The notes under the pieces were generated by a model. The model did not search any database and was not told the origin of the DNA. It saw only the letters and a list, made by a program, of their open reading frames with translations. Below are positions 9,893 through 21,145 of a stretch of 64,000 nt of DNA, piece by piece. This DNA is from Nitrospirota bacterium (GTDB lineage Bacteria > Nitrospirota > UBA9217): assembly GCA_963751455.1 (NCBI GenBank), contig CAVVUN010000006.1:64001-128000 (forward strand), read 5' to 3'. Numbering within the stretch: the stretch's first letter is position 1; each line of letters starts with the position of its first letter. The translations under genes and the position numbers were made by a program.

Positions 9893-11221
9893 TCAGGCGC
9901 GGGACCCCTGCCTTCGGGGTTTGAAACTGCGGGAAGCCGGTTTCTGCGCAGCGGCAACTGCAGTGCGGGAAGAAGAATCCTTCTTCGGCTGGTGCGCTCC
10001 GGGCCGTTCCGCGAAAGCCGGACGGTTTCCCTTCTGCGGTGCGCGCGACCGCGGTTCCCGCGGCGGACGGGCAAATTCCGCATCACGCTGAGGCGCGGCT
10101 TTTTTGTAATCGAAGTCCTTGAGTGTCCTGCGCTCTATACTCCTGCCGATGACCCGCTCTATGCTCCGTACCAGAGGATCATCTTCCCTGGTGACAAAGG
10201 TAAAGGCATCGCCCGTTTTGGCGGCCCGGCCCGTACGGCCGATACGGTGCGTATACGCGTCGGTCGTGTCGGGGATATCGTAGTTGATTACATGAGATAT
10301 GCTCGACACATCTATGCCGCGCGCTGCGATGTCGGTCGCCACAAGGATCTGGTAGGAGCCGTCGCGAAATCCATCGAGCGCGGCCTGGCGCCTGTTCTGG
10401 GACAAATTGCCCTGGAGCGATGCGGCCTTGTAGCCGGCCTTCTCGAGCTGCTGTCCGATCCGTTTTGCGCGATGCTTGGTCCGCGTGAAGATGAGAATGG
10501 ATTCCGTATCCGTGTGCTTCAGCAGTTCCATCAGCAGCGCAGTCTTTAAATGCTGCTCGACCGGATACAGTGCATGTGATACGGTGTTGAGGGGCGCAGT
10601 GTGGTCTACCTGCACCGTCACGGGTTTGTGCAGTACTTCATGCGCGAGCTTCCGTATATCATCCGCCATCGTTGCCGAGAACATGAGCGTCTGGCGCTTG
10701 GGCGGCACGTGCCTGATGATCCTCCTGACGTCCGGCAGGAAACCCATGTCGAACATCCGGTCGGCTTCATCAAGAACGAGCACCTCGAGGTGTGACAGGT
10801 CAATCGTCTTTTGGTTGATATGGTCCAGCAGCCTGCCGGGACAGGCTACGACGATCTCGACGCCTGCGCGGAGTTTCTGGACCTGGGGGTTAATAGAGAC
10901 GCCGCCGTAGATCGTGATGCTGCGCACGCGTGTCTTCCGGCCGAGATCTGCGATCGAGACGTTGATCTGTTCGGCCAGCTCGCGCGTAGGCGCGATAATA
11001 AGGGCCCGCACGATGCCTCGGGGACCGGTCAGCAGCCGTTCGAGAATAGGCAGGACGAATGCTGCAGTTTTTCCGGTTCCTGTCTGCGCGAGGCCCATGA
11101 CATCGCTGCCCTGCATGACCGGCGGGATCGCCTTGACCTGGATCGGTGTGGGAACCCGGTAGCCGAGCGCTTCCACGCCGGCCGCTATGTTTGGATGGAG
11201 CTTGAACGAACTGAAATTCAC
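9893..11221 (-). CDS. rhlE: DEAD-box RNA helicase (RhlE-like)
   Basis: Q motif, AQTGTGKT, PTRELA, DEAD, SAT, HRIGRTGR; basic disordered tail; GTG start at 11221 preferred. Confidence 0.92.
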   Translation of the reverse strand: MNFSSFKLHPNIAAGVEALGYRVPTPIQVKAIPPVMQGSDVMGLAQTGTGKTAAFVLPILERLLTGPRGIVRALIIAPTRELAEQINVSIADLGRKTRVRSITIYGGVSINPQVQKLRAGVEIVVACPGRLLDHINQKTIDLSHLEVLVLDEADRMFDMGFLPDVRRIIRHVPPKRQTLMFSATMADDIRKLAHEVLHKPVTVQVDHTAPLNTVSHALYPVEQHLKTALLMELLKHTDTESILIFTRTKHRAKRIGQQLEKAGYKAASLQGNLSQNRRQAALDGFRDGSYQILVATDIAARGIDVSSISHVINYDIPDTTDAYTHRIGRTGRAAKTGDAFTFVTREDDPLVRSIERVIGRSIERRTLKDFDYKKAAPQRDAEFARPPREPRSRAPQKGNRPAFAERPGAHQPKKDSSSRTAVAAAQKPASRSFKPRRQGSRA

Positions 11222-11294
11222 TATGACCTTCTTTCTTGCGGCATCATCTTCAGGAAGAACATGCATCCCCGCCGCCGGGATACACTCCATAAAT

Positions 11295-11326
11295 AAAAAG
11301 GCTATCAGGATTCACCGTGATAGCCT
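11295..11326 (-). terminator. Intrinsic terminator-like hairpin in the helicase leader
   Basis: Minus strand AGGCTATCA-cggtgaatcc-TGATAGCCT followed by TTTT. Confidence 0.7.
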
Positions 11327-11422
11327 CCGTTTCAACTCTGCACAGCTGGCATATCGGCGGCCGGCTTGAATCGATGAATACAGGTGCGAGCCGGCCCCTC
11401 ACCATAATCAAGAATCAAGCGT

Positions 11423-11452
11423 ACAATACCATACAGAGAAACATGATGTCAA
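11423..11452 (-). promoter_or_regulatory. Putative sigma70 promoter for the helicase leader
   Basis: Minus strand TTGACA-N18-TATTGT. Confidence 0.55.
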
Positions 11453-11582
11453 AGATATAATGGACATCGAAACCTAACAGAGGGAAAATGCTGACAAAAA
11501 AATGAAATTTGCTGAAAAAGAAGCAAATTTTGCAGACATATTTTCTCTGTCTGCGCAGGATGGTGAAATTTATTATTGGGGT

Positions 11583-11846
11583 CTACGCTTCAACAAAGCA
11601 AAGGTCATTGTCGCCGAACTGACAATCGTCTGGCACGAGTCTCTGCTCGCCGTGTCCCCTCGTCGTGCTCCTGATGGCTTCGAGCGCACCGGGTTCGCCT
11701 TGCGGGATCCCGGGAATCTCGGGTTCGAGCACAGGCTGTTTCAGCTCTTCGGCCTCATCCCTGAACGCTCTCACCTCGTAGGCCTCGGTAAGTGTTTCCC
11801 GATCCTGAAATTTCAGGATTTTCTTTAAAGCCGCTTTCATTGTCAT
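11583..11846 (-). CDS. Small hypothetical protein
   Basis: ORF with AGAGG RBS downstream of putA; no recognised domain. Confidence 0.45.
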   Translation of the reverse strand: MTMKAALKKILKFQDRETLTEAYEVRAFRDEAEELKQPVLEPEIPGIPQGEPGALEAIRSTTRGHGEQRLVPDDCQFGDNDLCFVEA

Positions 11847-11896
11847 CGCCTCTTTTCCGTTTTTTTCTTTGCTTTAATTATAGCACCACGCTTCAC

Positions 11897-14809
11897 CTAC
11901 GCTTGCTCGAAGGGAGCAAATCCGCGTCGTATCGTGTTCTCGCTCGTACTTACGGGATTCATGAACTGAAGCAGATAGTCCGGGCCGCCTGCCTTGGAAC
12001 CGATGCCGGACATGCCGAACCCGCCAAAAGGCTGCCGGCCCACAAGCGCACCCGTAATTTTCCTGTTGATATAAAGATTTCCGACAAGAAACTCACGTTT
12101 GACTTTCTCTATGTTCGCCGGGCTTCTCGAAAAAAGCCCGCCCGTCAGCGCGTACACGCTTTTATTTGCGATGCGTACGGCATCATCGATGTCCTTTGCA
12201 CGCAGTACGGCAAGGACGGGCCCGAATATCTCCTCGGTCGCAATCCGGGATTCGGGATCGGCATCTGCAATAATGAGCGGGCCGGCAAAGTACCCTTCGC
12301 CTGATACCTTTTTTTCGAAGATAGCTTTTCCCTCGGTCCTCCCGATGTCTCCGTATGCCCGAATCTTGTTGAGCGCCGATTGATCGATGACCGGTCCTAT
12401 AAAATTGCCCGGATCTTCCGGATTCCCGATTCTTAAACTCGCAGCAGCCTGCGTGAGCCGGTCGCATAGTTTCTGGTATATTTGGCCCACGATAATGAGC
12501 CGTGAACAAGCAGAGCACTTCTGCCCCTGGTATCCAAAGGCGGACTCTATGATGCCTTTTACCGCTTCATCAAGATCCGCTGTTTCGTCTGCGATGATCG
12601 CATTTTTCCCGCCCATTTCCGCAACCACCCGCTTGACGGCGCGCTGGCCTTGTTTGATCTCACTCGCCAGCTGAGTGATCCGGAGACCGACTTCCCGGGA
12701 ACCCGTGAATGCGATGAAATCAATTGACGGATGGCTGACCAGGTATTCACCGACTTCCTTTCCCGGTCCCGGCAGGAACTGCAGCACGCCGGCCGGGAGT
12801 CCCACTGACCTGAAGGTTTGAACGAGCCGGTATCCGATAACCGGAGACAGGCCCGAGGGTTTGAAGATAACGCAGTTGCCCGTGACGATTGCAGCAGAAG
12901 TCATTCCCGTTGCTATCGCGAGCGGAAAGTTCCATGGCGAAATAACGACCCCGATGCCTTTTGAGTGATAGGTGTATTCATTTTGTTCACCCGGATAGCC
13001 GTCCAGGATTCGCGGCTTGCCCAGGCGAAGCATTTCCCTGCCGTAGTATTCCAGATAATCTATCGCCTCAGCCACGTCGCCGTCCGCATCCTTCCAGGTC
13101 TTTCCTGCTTCCAGCACTTCGAGCGCTGCAAGCTCGAAGCGTTTTTTTCGCATTTCCTCGGCAGCCCTGAAAAGATAGTTCGCCCGCTTTTCCGGCGAGG
13201 TCTTTCTCCATGGATAACGGGCGGTAAGAGCGGCACTTATCGCTGCATCCGCGTCTTTTGTCCGGCTGGATGACACCTTTCCAATAACTTCGTCAGGCTT
13301 TGACGGGTTTCTTGACACAATTTCCGCATCGGTCATGAACTCCCGGTCTCCTATTACCAGCGGTAATCTGCCGCCCATGTTCGAGCGCACTTCGACGAGC
13401 GCTTGAGACATCCTGTTTCTATTCTCCGCAATCGAGAAGTCCAGAACAGGTTCGTTCCTGAAACCCGGTGCTGCCCGTTCTATTGTCCTCACCTCCTGGC
13501 GCACCCTCGGCGGCTTCATCAGGTCCGAAAACGGAATGTCCCTGCCATAGGACCGTCTCAGGAACGATTCGTTCGATGTATTTTCGAGAAGACGCCGCAC
13601 GAGGTAAGCCATGCCGGGGATCAATTCGCCTGCGGGAGTATATACCCGCACCTGGTAACCGTGCTCCTGCAGGGACTTCCGGAGGGGTTCTGCCATACCG
13701 TAAAGGACCTGGAACTCGTACTCCTTCCGGAAAGTTTTTGCCGAATCCGCGCATGCGATTGCATAGCTCACGCTTCGCAGGTTGTGCGTGGCGATGACCG
13801 GCCGGATAATGTCCTTGTTTTCAAAAAGAGCCTTTGCAAGTTTCTCGAAACAGGCGTCTGTCTGGTCCTTCCGCAGATATACCGGGACCGGCCAGCCTCT
13901 CTGCCGGTTAATGACCACTTCATAATCCCAGTACGCTCCCTTTACCAGACGAATGCCGATTACTCTATTCCGCTGCCTGGTCCAGTTGATCAGTCCGGCG
14001 ATGTCGTCTTCCGAATCCGCAAGATACGCCTGGATCGCGATTCCGACGCCCGGCAGGTCTTTAAATTCATCCTCCTCGATGATGCTTTTGAATGCCGCGA
14101 TGGTCAAACCCTTGTAATAGTAATGCTCCATGTCGAAGGTGATGGAAATCCCGAGTTTCTTCGCTTTTCGGAGCACGGGCCTGAGCCCGTGCTTGATCCT
14201 CAATATCGAGCCGTCCCAGTCAACAGGGTCAAGCTGCGAATAAAAAGAAGATATTTTGACGGATACATCCGGCCGGGCCCCCGGCATGGTGTGGTGAATA
14301 AATTCGAGAAGCGCAAGGTATCGCTCTGTATACTTAAGCGCCTCCATATCACTCACCACTACCTCGCCCAGAATGTCAAGGCTGAACGAAGTTCCGTCTG
14401 ATTGCATTTTCAGGAGGATCCGGGCAAGGTCCTCCGGATCTTTTCCTGCGATGAACTGGCGTGCAACCGATTCAATGCCCTTCCGAACGATTGGTCCGAC
14501 AATCCACGGAACGATACCCCTCATAGGAAGGACCCCGATGCCGCTTCGCAGGAGGGCCGGCATCTCCGAATCTCCGTCGAAATACTCCCGCAGGAGGCTT
14601 ACCACGGATTCATTTGACTTCAGCGAAGGCAACAAATCCACAAAACGAAAAAGACGGACCTTGAACTCTTCATTTTTCATGGCACGGTCCATAAGCGCGC
14701 CGGTCCACCTCTTCCTGTTGAAAATCGGCGGAACATCGTCAAAGCCGGAATATATACCGAACCCTGTCTTCCGCACTCGCGCTTCGATATCGTCGATGAC
14801 TTTTTCCAT
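11897..14809 (-). CDS. putA: Bifunctional proline dehydrogenase / P5C dehydrogenase
   Basis: 'RLVKGAYWD', 'ATHN', 'YLVRRLLEN'; ALDH motifs 'ISPWNFP', 'EMGGKN', 'GQKCSAC', 'EEIFGP'. Confidence 0.95.
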   Translation of the reverse strand: MEKVIDDIEARVRKTGFGIYSGFDDVPPIFNRKRWTGALMDRAMKNEEFKVRLFRFVDLLPSLKSNESVVSLLREYFDGDSEMPALLRSGIGVLPMRGIVPWIVGPIVRKGIESVARQFIAGKDPEDLARILLKMQSDGTSFSLDILGEVVVSDMEALKYTERYLALLEFIHHTMPGARPDVSVKISSFYSQLDPVDWDGSILRIKHGLRPVLRKAKKLGISITFDMEHYYYKGLTIAAFKSIIEEDEFKDLPGVGIAIQAYLADSEDDIAGLINWTRQRNRVIGIRLVKGAYWDYEVVINRQRGWPVPVYLRKDQTDACFEKLAKALFENKDIIRPVIATHNLRSVSYAIACADSAKTFRKEYEFQVLYGMAEPLRKSLQEHGYQVRVYTPAGELIPGMAYLVRRLLENTSNESFLRRSYGRDIPFSDLMKPPRVRQEVRTIERAAPGFRNEPVLDFSIAENRNRMSQALVEVRSNMGGRLPLVIGDREFMTDAEIVSRNPSKPDEVIGKVSSSRTKDADAAISAALTARYPWRKTSPEKRANYLFRAAEEMRKKRFELAALEVLEAGKTWKDADGDVAEAIDYLEYYGREMLRLGKPRILDGYPGEQNEYTYHSKGIGVVISPWNFPLAIATGMTSAAIVTGNCVIFKPSGLSPVIGYRLVQTFRSVGLPAGVLQFLPGPGKEVGEYLVSHPSIDFIAFTGSREVGLRITQLASEIKQGQRAVKRVVAEMGGKNAIIADETADLDEAVKGIIESAFGYQGQKCSACSRLIIVGQIYQKLCDRLTQAAASLRIGNPEDPGNFIGPVIDQSALNKIRAYGDIGRTEGKAIFEKKVSGEGYFAGPLIIADADPESRIATEEIFGPVLAVLRAKDIDDAVRIANKSVYALTGGLFSRSPANIEKVKREFLVGNLYINRKITGALVGRQPFGGFGMSGIGSKAGGPDYLLQFMNPVSTSENTIRRGFAPFEQA

Positions 14810-14947
14810 ACAATAATTGTAGCACCGCCGTGCAGTTTTTACGGGCCGGTATTACATTACTTCCATTAATCTGGTAGAATCGAACAAGGGGCTGTTAAGA
14901 ATTTTTTGCGAAGCTTTTTTCGGTTTTCACCGGGTCAGGAGGGTTCT

Positions 14948-15433
14948 ATGGACATATACGAATATGCCATGAAGCTCGAGAAGGACGGTGAGGGATATTA
15001 TCGGGAACTCGTGATCAAGGTCGATAATCCGGGATTAAAGACGATATTGACCATGCTCGCCGACGCAGAGGTCCGCCATTACAATACCTTCCGGAGCATG
15101 AAAAACAATGAGCCGGTATCTGTCCCGGATACAACGCCTCTTCTCACTGAAGTAAAAAACATTTTCGTGCGTATGAAAGAGGAAGAAAAGGCTATTACGG
15201 AGAACGCCTCCGACATAGACCTCTACCGGAAGGCACAGGACATTGAAAAGAAGACGGAAGAATTTTATACCGAAAAATCAGCGGAAGTACCGGCAGCGCA
15301 AAAGCCTATATTTCTCAAGATAGCTGACGAGGAGAGAAAACACTATCTTATCCTCGAAAACATCATCAATTTCGTAAGCAGGCCGTTCGAATGGCTTGAA
15401 AACGCCGAATGGTACCATTTGGAAGAATATTAA
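14948..15433 (+). CDS. Ferritin-like / rubrerythrin-family protein
   Basis: Two E..(FY)...E.xH di-iron helix pairs; GGAGG RBS before ATG 14948. Confidence 0.85.
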   Translation: MDIYEYAMKLEKDGEGYYRELVIKVDNPGLKTILTMLADAEVRHYNTFRSMKNNEPVSVPDTTPLLTEVKNIFVRMKEEEKAITENASDIDLYRKAQDIEKKTEEFYTEKSAEVPAAQKPIFLKIADEERKHYLILENIINFVSRPFEWLENAEWYHLEEY

Positions 15434-15488
15434 GAGTGAAGTAAGAAGTAAGAAGGCAGAAGCATCGCACTTCTTAATTCGCGTTTTC

Positions 15489-18400
15489 CTAATTCTTACT
15501 TGAAGTATCTCCCGGTTTCCACGAAGCCATGTGCTTCAGATATCTCCATCTTCTCTTCACATCCGCGTCCGCCAGTTTCGAAAGCTCCGCTGCAAGCTCG
15601 GGCTTGGTCATCCGGAGAATGCGGTACCGGTTCTCGGTTATTGCATATTCCTCGAATGAGATGGACGGCTCGCCGCTGTCGATGATAAGAGGATTGTTTC
15701 CCTGCTTTTCCAAATCCGGGTTGTACCGGTAAAGCGGCCAGTGGCCGCACGCAACCGCTTTTTTATTGTGCTCGACGGTCTCGGCAAGGTTGAACCCCTG
15801 GGCGATGCAGGTTGAGTACGCGATCACCAGCGACGGCCCGTTGAACGCCTCTGCTTCGAGAAACGCCTTTACGGTCTGGCCGGGATTGGCCCCGAAGGCA
15901 ACCTGCGCCACGTAGATGGTTCCGTAGGTCGCCATGATCATGCCGATGTTCTTTTTCGGCGTGCGCTTGCCAGCTGCGGCGAACTGGACAACCGCGGATA
16001 TGGGAGTCGCCTTGGACATCTGTCCCCCGGTATTCGAGTACGTTTCCGTATCGAGGACGAGCAGATTGATGTTTTTTCCCGAGGCAAGCACATGGTCCAC
16101 CCCGCCGTACCCGATGTCATAGGCCCAGCCGTCCCCGCCCACTGCCCATACCGACTTTTTCACGAGATAATCCGACAGGAACAATAACCGCTTTGCTTCC
16201 TGAGATACATCCTTTGCCAGTGCTTCCTTAAGCTTTACAACCCGCTTTCTCTGCTCATCGATCGCCTGCTGGGATAACTGGTCAGCGATCTTCACCGCCT
16301 TGAACAGTTCTGCTGTTTGCCCGTATCTTCCCGTCTTTTCGAGCACATCGAGCAGGCGCACGGCCTCTTCGTAAAAGAAGTCCATGGTCTGCCGCATACC
16401 GAACCCGAATTCAGCATTGTCCTCGAAGAGCGAGTTGGACCATGCAGGTCCCCTGCCGTTTTTATCCTTCGTGTACGCGGTATCCGGAAGGTTTCCGGTA
16501 TATATCGAAGAGCACCCGGTTGCGTTCGCTATCAGCAGGCGGTCTCCGAAGAGCTGCGAAAGCAATCGCAGATAAGGCGTCTCTCCGCACCCGGCGCATG
16601 CGCTGTGATATTCAAAGAGCGGCCGCTTGAACTGGCTGCCTTTTACCGTGGCAGGATTGTATCGCGACGGATCGAGTTCGGGAATTGACATGAAGAAATT
16701 AAAATTCTGGATTTCTTCCTGCCGGTGCTCTTCCTGAAACCGCAGGTTGATCGCCTTGAAATCCGGGATCTTTTTTCCGCTGGCGTCCTTGCCGTATGCA
16801 GGACAGACAAACACGCAGGAGCCGCAGCCCGTACAGTCCTCGGGTGCGACCTGCACGGTATATTTGAGCCCCTTCAGTTCCTTACCGGAAGCGTCGACTG
16901 ATTTGAACTTTGCCGGCGCATTGTTCAGTACGGATGGTTCGTATGCCTTGATCCTGATGGTCGCATGCGGGCAGACAAAGGAGCAGAGACCGCACTGGAT
17001 GCAGATCTGCGGCTCCCAGATCGGTATCTGCACGCCGATGTTTCTCTTCTCGTACTGGGTCGTTCCGGTAGGCCACGTGCCGTCCGCGGGTATCGCGGAA
17101 ACGGGAAGCAGGTTCCCCTTGCGCGCAAGAATCATGGCGTTCACCCGCTTCACAAAATCCGGGGCGTTCTCGGGAACTATCGGCCGCTGCTTCGTGGCGG
17201 CCGTTACCCTGTCCGGAACCGGGACCTGGTGGATGCTCTCCGCTGCACGGTCAACTGCCGAAACGTTCATGTCCACGACTGCCTGGCCCTTTTTTCCATA
17301 GGTTTTTGCTATCTGGTCCTTGAGCGCGGCAACCGCCCGGTCGCGGGCCAGAATGCCGGAGATCAGGAAAAAGGCCGTTTCCATGATCATGTTGATCTTG
17401 ATCCCGAGCCCTACTGCCGACGCGATGGAAAATGCGTCGATCACATGGAATTTCATCTTCTTCGCGATCAGCTGCTCCTGCACTTCAGCGGGCAGGCTGT
17501 CCCATGCCTTTTCCTTTTCGTACGGCGTAGTCAGGAGAAACGTGCCGCCGGCTTCAGCCTGGGAAAGCATGTCGAGCCGTTCGAGGAAGGATGGATTATG
17601 GCAGGCGATGAAGTCGGCCTTCGAGATGAGATACGGGTCCCGTATCTTCTCTTCGCCGAAACGAAGATGGGACACGGTCACGGATCCGGATTTTTTGGAA
17701 TCGTACACGAAATAGGCCTGGGCGTAATTGTCGGTCTCTGTCCCGATGATCTTGATTGCGTCCTTGTTCGCGCCGACCGTGCCGTCCGCACCCAACCCGT
17801 AGAACAAAGCCCGATACATGGTTTTGCCCTCGATCCTGAACGACTCATCATACTCGAGGCTGGTATGAGTCACATCGTCGCTGATGCCGACTGTAAAATG
17901 GTTCTTCGATCCCCGCAGGTTGTCGTATACAGCCTTTGCCATTGCCGGGGTGAAATCCTTGGATCCCAGACCGTAGCGGCCGCCAACGATTTTCGGATAG
18001 GTGCTGAACTTCGCTGCCTTCTTTTCGAGCGCTTCTCCCACTGCAGTCCTGACATCGAGATACAGCGGTTCCCCTACTGCCCCGGATTCCTTTGTCCTGT
18101 CCAATACGGCAATCGCCTGGACTGTTGCGGGGAGCGTGCCCACAAAATCTTCGATTGAGAAAGGACGATAAAGCCTCACCTGCACGAGCCCCAGCTTCTC
18201 ACCCTGCCTGTTCAGCTCATCGACTGCGAGCTGGAGCGATTCTCCGGCTGACCCCATCACCACGGCAACTCGTTCTGCATCAGGGTGCCCGTAATATTCA
18301 TACAGCCGGTATGTTCTGCCTGCGACAGCCTTGAATTTATCCATGGCCTTCTGCACGATGCCCGGCGCCTTGTCGTAAAACGGATTGACCGTTTCCCTGC

Positions 18401-19082
18401 CCTGGAAATAGACATCCGGGTCCTGCGCGGTCCCGCGTATTGCCGGCCTGTCAGGGGTAAGGCCTCTCATGCGGTGGCTGAGAATAAGCTTCTCGTCAAG
18501 CATTTCCCGCATATCGTCAAAGGCAAGCTCTTCGACCTTGCGGATTTCGTGCGATGTTCTGAACCCGTCAAAAAAATGAATGAACGGCACCCGGGACTCG
18601 AGTGTCGTGGCCTGCGCGATCAGGGCAAAATCCATCGCTTCCTGCACGTCCTTCGAGCAGAGCATGCCGAAGCCGGTGAAGCGCGCGGCCATTACGTCCG
18701 AATGGTCCCCAAAAATCGAAAGCGCCTGGTATGCAAGCGACCGGGCGGTCACGTGGAAAACCGTAGGGGTCAGTTCTCCGGCAAGCTTGCACATGACCGG
18801 CATGATAAGGAGCAGCCCCTGCGACGCGGACACCGTTGTAGCAAGCGCTCCGGTCGTAAGCGACCCGTGTACCGCTCCGGCAACTCCGGCCTCAGACTGC
18901 ATCTGACTCACGCGCGGCACCGTACCCCATATGTTCACCGCGCCTTTGGCTGATTTTTCATCGCAGATCTGAGCGATCGGGGTCGAGGGAGTTATGGGAT
19001 AGATCGTGATGATTTCGTTTGTAGCATGGACTACATGAGCGCATGCAGTGCATCCGTCGATAGTAACAACCTTCCTTTTCAT
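15489..19082 (-). CDS. nifJ: Pyruvate:ferredoxin (flavodoxin) oxidoreductase
   Basis: YPITPS, GLGADG, two CxxCxxCxxxCP motifs, ACAGCGE, GGDGWAYDIG TPP motif. Confidence 0.96.
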   Translation of the reverse strand: MKRKVVTIDGCTACAHVVHATNEIITIYPITPSTPIAQICDEKSAKGAVNIWGTVPRVSQMQSEAGVAGAVHGSLTTGALATTVSASQGLLLIMPVMCKLAGELTPTVFHVTARSLAYQALSIFGDHSDVMAARFTGFGMLCSKDVQEAMDFALIAQATTLESRVPFIHFFDGFRTSHEIRKVEELAFDDMREMLDEKLILSHRMRGLTPDRPAIRGTAQDPDVYFQGRETVNPFYDKAPGIVQKAMDKFKAVAGRTYRLYEYYGHPDAERVAVVMGSAGESLQLAVDELNRQGEKLGLVQVRLYRPFSIEDFVGTLPATVQAIAVLDRTKESGAVGEPLYLDVRTAVGEALEKKAAKFSTYPKIVGGRYGLGSKDFTPAMAKAVYDNLRGSKNHFTVGISDDVTHTSLEYDESFRIEGKTMYRALFYGLGADGTVGANKDAIKIIGTETDNYAQAYFVYDSKKSGSVTVSHLRFGEEKIRDPYLISKADFIACHNPSFLERLDMLSQAEAGGTFLLTTPYEKEKAWDSLPAEVQEQLIAKKMKFHVIDAFSIASAVGLGIKINMIMETAFFLISGILARDRAVAALKDQIAKTYGKKGQAVVDMNVSAVDRAAESIHQVPVPDRVTAATKQRPIVPENAPDFVKRVNAMILARKGNLLPVSAIPADGTWPTGTTQYEKRNIGVQIPIWEPQICIQCGLCSFVCPHATIRIKAYEPSVLNNAPAKFKSVDASGKELKGLKYTVQVAPEDCTGCGSCVFVCPAYGKDASGKKIPDFKAINLRFQEEHRQEEIQNFNFFMSIPELDPSRYNPATVKGSQFKRPLFEYHSACAGCGETPYLRLLSQLFGDRLLIANATGCSSIYTGNLPDTAYTKDKNGRGPAWSNSLFEDNAEFGFGMRQTMDFFYEEAVRLLDVLEKTGRYGQTAELFKAVKIADQLSQQAIDEQRKRVVKLKEALAKDVSQEAKRLLFLSDYLVKKSVWAVGGDGWAYDIGYGGVDHVLASGKNINLLVLDTETYSNTGGQMSKATPISAVVQFAAAGKRTPKKNIGMIMATYGTIYVAQVAFGANPGQTVKAFLEAEAFNGPSLVIAYSTCIAQGFNLAETVEHNKKAVACGHWPLYRYNPDLEKQGNNPLIIDSGEPSISFEEYAITENRYRILRMTKPELAAELSKLADADVKRRWRYLKHMASWKPGDTSSKN

Positions 19083-19312
19083 ATTTCCCTCCTACAGTGC
19101 CTTGCCGTAGATACGCCTGTGTTTCAGTTCCCGCGGAAAAACTTTTTTGCCGCAAAGATGCTCAAAAGTCGCAAAGGGGAACGGCCGTCTTCCGGTCAAG
19201 GTCGCGGTAATTTTTTTCTTTTAAGTATAACAAGCGCCCACACGGAGGATATTCGCAGTGCTGCCGTATAGCACTTTACTCCTCATCGATTATTGACGAA
19301 TTGATGATATAG

Positions 19313-19597
19313 TTGAAATATCGGTACGAAAAGATATGCACGGGGGAGGATCGGCAAACACGGAAATGCGGGGAAGAAAAGATATGCACCCTGAGGGAAT
19401 GCAAAATGAAAAAAATGAAGGTTCAAACGAATAACGGCAACTCAGGACATTCAGTGAAACACGCGGAGCCGGCAATAGGCCATGCGCAGGACTATTCAGG
19501 ACCTCAATCGACTCGTTCGGTTATAAAGTGGGTCGCTATAGCAGGGCTGATACTGGGAGCTTTTGCCTTTTTCATGCGGCCGAAAAAGGCATACTGA
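19313..19597 (+). CDS. Small hypothetical protein with C-terminal TM helix
   Basis: Hydrophobic 'VIKWVAIAGLILGAFAFFM' followed by basic tail; true start probably downstream. Confidence 0.4.
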   Translation: MKYRYEKICTGEDRQTRKCGEEKICTLRECKMKKMKVQTNNGNSGHSVKHAEPAIGHAQDYSGPQSTRSVIKWVAIAGLILGAFAFFMRPKKAY

Positions 19598-20813
19598 CCC
19601 GCGCCTCCGTATTATCATCGTCCACCGCGTTTTTAAGCATCTCGAGGATATCCGGGATTGCCGAGGTGACGCGGTTCCAGTTTGCAATGAGGGGCGTGCC
19701 GAGCGGGTCGTTCATATACACCTGCGCGGCAAGTGCGAGCGCCCTTGTAAACGCGTCCACAGCCTTGGCTTCGTCGTGCCGGTCGAATAATAATCCGTTG
19801 ATGGCCGCGTCCGCCTCATACTTCATGATCGTGTCTTCGGCCTGCCTCAGGTAGGCCACGGATAGGGACTTGAAGAACCCCTCCGAGAAGATGACGCCTT
19901 CGGAAGCAAGGGTCCTGAAGATCGATTTGCATATATCAATCGTCATCTTCATCAACCCTTTTTCAGGGTCCTGCGCTGAAAGCGCCTGGTGTTTGTGTTC
20001 GTAGGTCGCGGCGATATCCACCTGGCAGACGCGGCGCGGAGAATAGTTGCGGTAGACTTCGGCAAGAGACCCTACTTCGAGGCCCCAGTCCCACGGTATC
20101 CTGTTTACCCTCGCAACGTCCGTAGTCATGCAGAATTCTCCTGAGAGCGGGTACCGGAAGCTGTCCAGGAACATCAGAAAACTGTGCGGCCCGATGAGCT
20201 GCTGGATCGAGCGTACGAGCGGGGTTACCAGGAGCCGCGTAACCCGGCCGTGCATTTTATTCGTGACCCTGCTGTAAAACCCCTTGCAAAAGACATAATC
20301 CAGGTTCGGGTTTACCACGGGGTAGCAGAGCCGGGCAAGCATTTCGCGTCCGTAGGTGAGGATATCGCAGTCATGAAGGACTATCACCTCGGACCGTGCC
20401 CGGGCAAGGATATATCCGTAAGCCAGCCACGCGGAACGGCCCTTGCCGCGCTGCCCGGCATCGAGCCCGTGCCGGGAAAGCGTCTCGTATATTTCGATGA
20501 TCCGTTTCCCGTCATTATGGATGATTTTAACATCCGCGCATACCGGAGCCATGAACCGTCTGACGTGGTGAAATTCGTTCTCTCCGGCCTTGTCCAGTAC
20601 GAGAATGATCTCCTTCAGGTAATTTACCTTCGAAAGCTCTTTTACGATCGCGGGCATCGCCTGGCCCTCGAACTCGGAATAGAGCGCGGGAAGGACCAGG
20701 GCTATCGGCCGCTTCCTTGAATACGTGCGGAGTTCCGTCTCGAGCCGCTCAAGGGAGGGCCTGCCGATCTGGTGAAGAGTGGTGATGATTCCGGTCTGGT
20801 AAAAATCGCTCAT
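19572..20813 (-). CDS. gpgS: Glucosyl-3-phosphoglycerate synthase, copy 2
   Basis: 'MSDFYQTGIITTLH', 'GKGRSAW', 'LHDCDI', 'GRVTRL', 'FRYPLSGEF', 'DWGLEVG', 'YEHKHQ'. Confidence 0.8.
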   Translation of the reverse strand: MSDFYQTGIITTLHQIGRPSLERLETELRTYSRKRPIALVLPALYSEFEGQAMPAIVKELSKVNYLKEIILVLDKAGENEFHHVRRFMAPVCADVKIIHNDGKRIIEIYETLSRHGLDAGQRGKGRSAWLAYGYILARARSEVIVLHDCDILTYGREMLARLCYPVVNPNLDYVFCKGFYSRVTNKMHGRVTRLLVTPLVRSIQQLIGPHSFLMFLDSFRYPLSGEFCMTTDVARVNRIPWDWGLEVGSLAEVYRNYSPRRVCQVDIAATYEHKHQALSAQDPEKGLMKMTIDICKSIFRTLASEGVIFSEGFFKSLSVAYLRQAEDTIMKYEADAAINGLLFDRHDEAKAVDAFTRALALAAQVYMNDPLGTPLIANWNRVTSAIPDILEMLKNAVDDDNTEARVSMPFSAA

Positions 20814-20827
20814 GGTTATCTGATAAA

Positions 20828-20991
20828 CCTAATCCGGACAAGCCGGATACAAAAACTCTTGAACCGCCAAGGCGCAAAGGTCGCGAGGAAGGCGAAACTA
20901 AACGCTGGAGTTTAAACCTGACAAAACGCTTTACGGTTTCCTAGCGTCCCTCGCGTCTTCGCGGTGAAATATTCTTTCCTTTTTGAGAAGA
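20828..20991. repeat. Repeat family C (inverted copy at 63583-63706)
   Basis: cctaatccggacaagccggat...gaaccgccaaggcgcaaaggtcgc...cgcggtgaaat...tttttgagaaga matches the reverse complement of 63583-63706. Confidence 0.75.
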
Positions 20992-21145
20992 TTTTCACTC
21001 GTAATTGACTAACTGGTGCTATCATGGCCGATCGCATTGTCGTCTCTGGACGGCAGCTAATCAAATCCGTTATTCTGTTACTGTGACACTCTGACACTTT
21101 CATGCGTCCTTCGTCCTCTCATCTCGCACCTCGTCCCTTGCCGCT

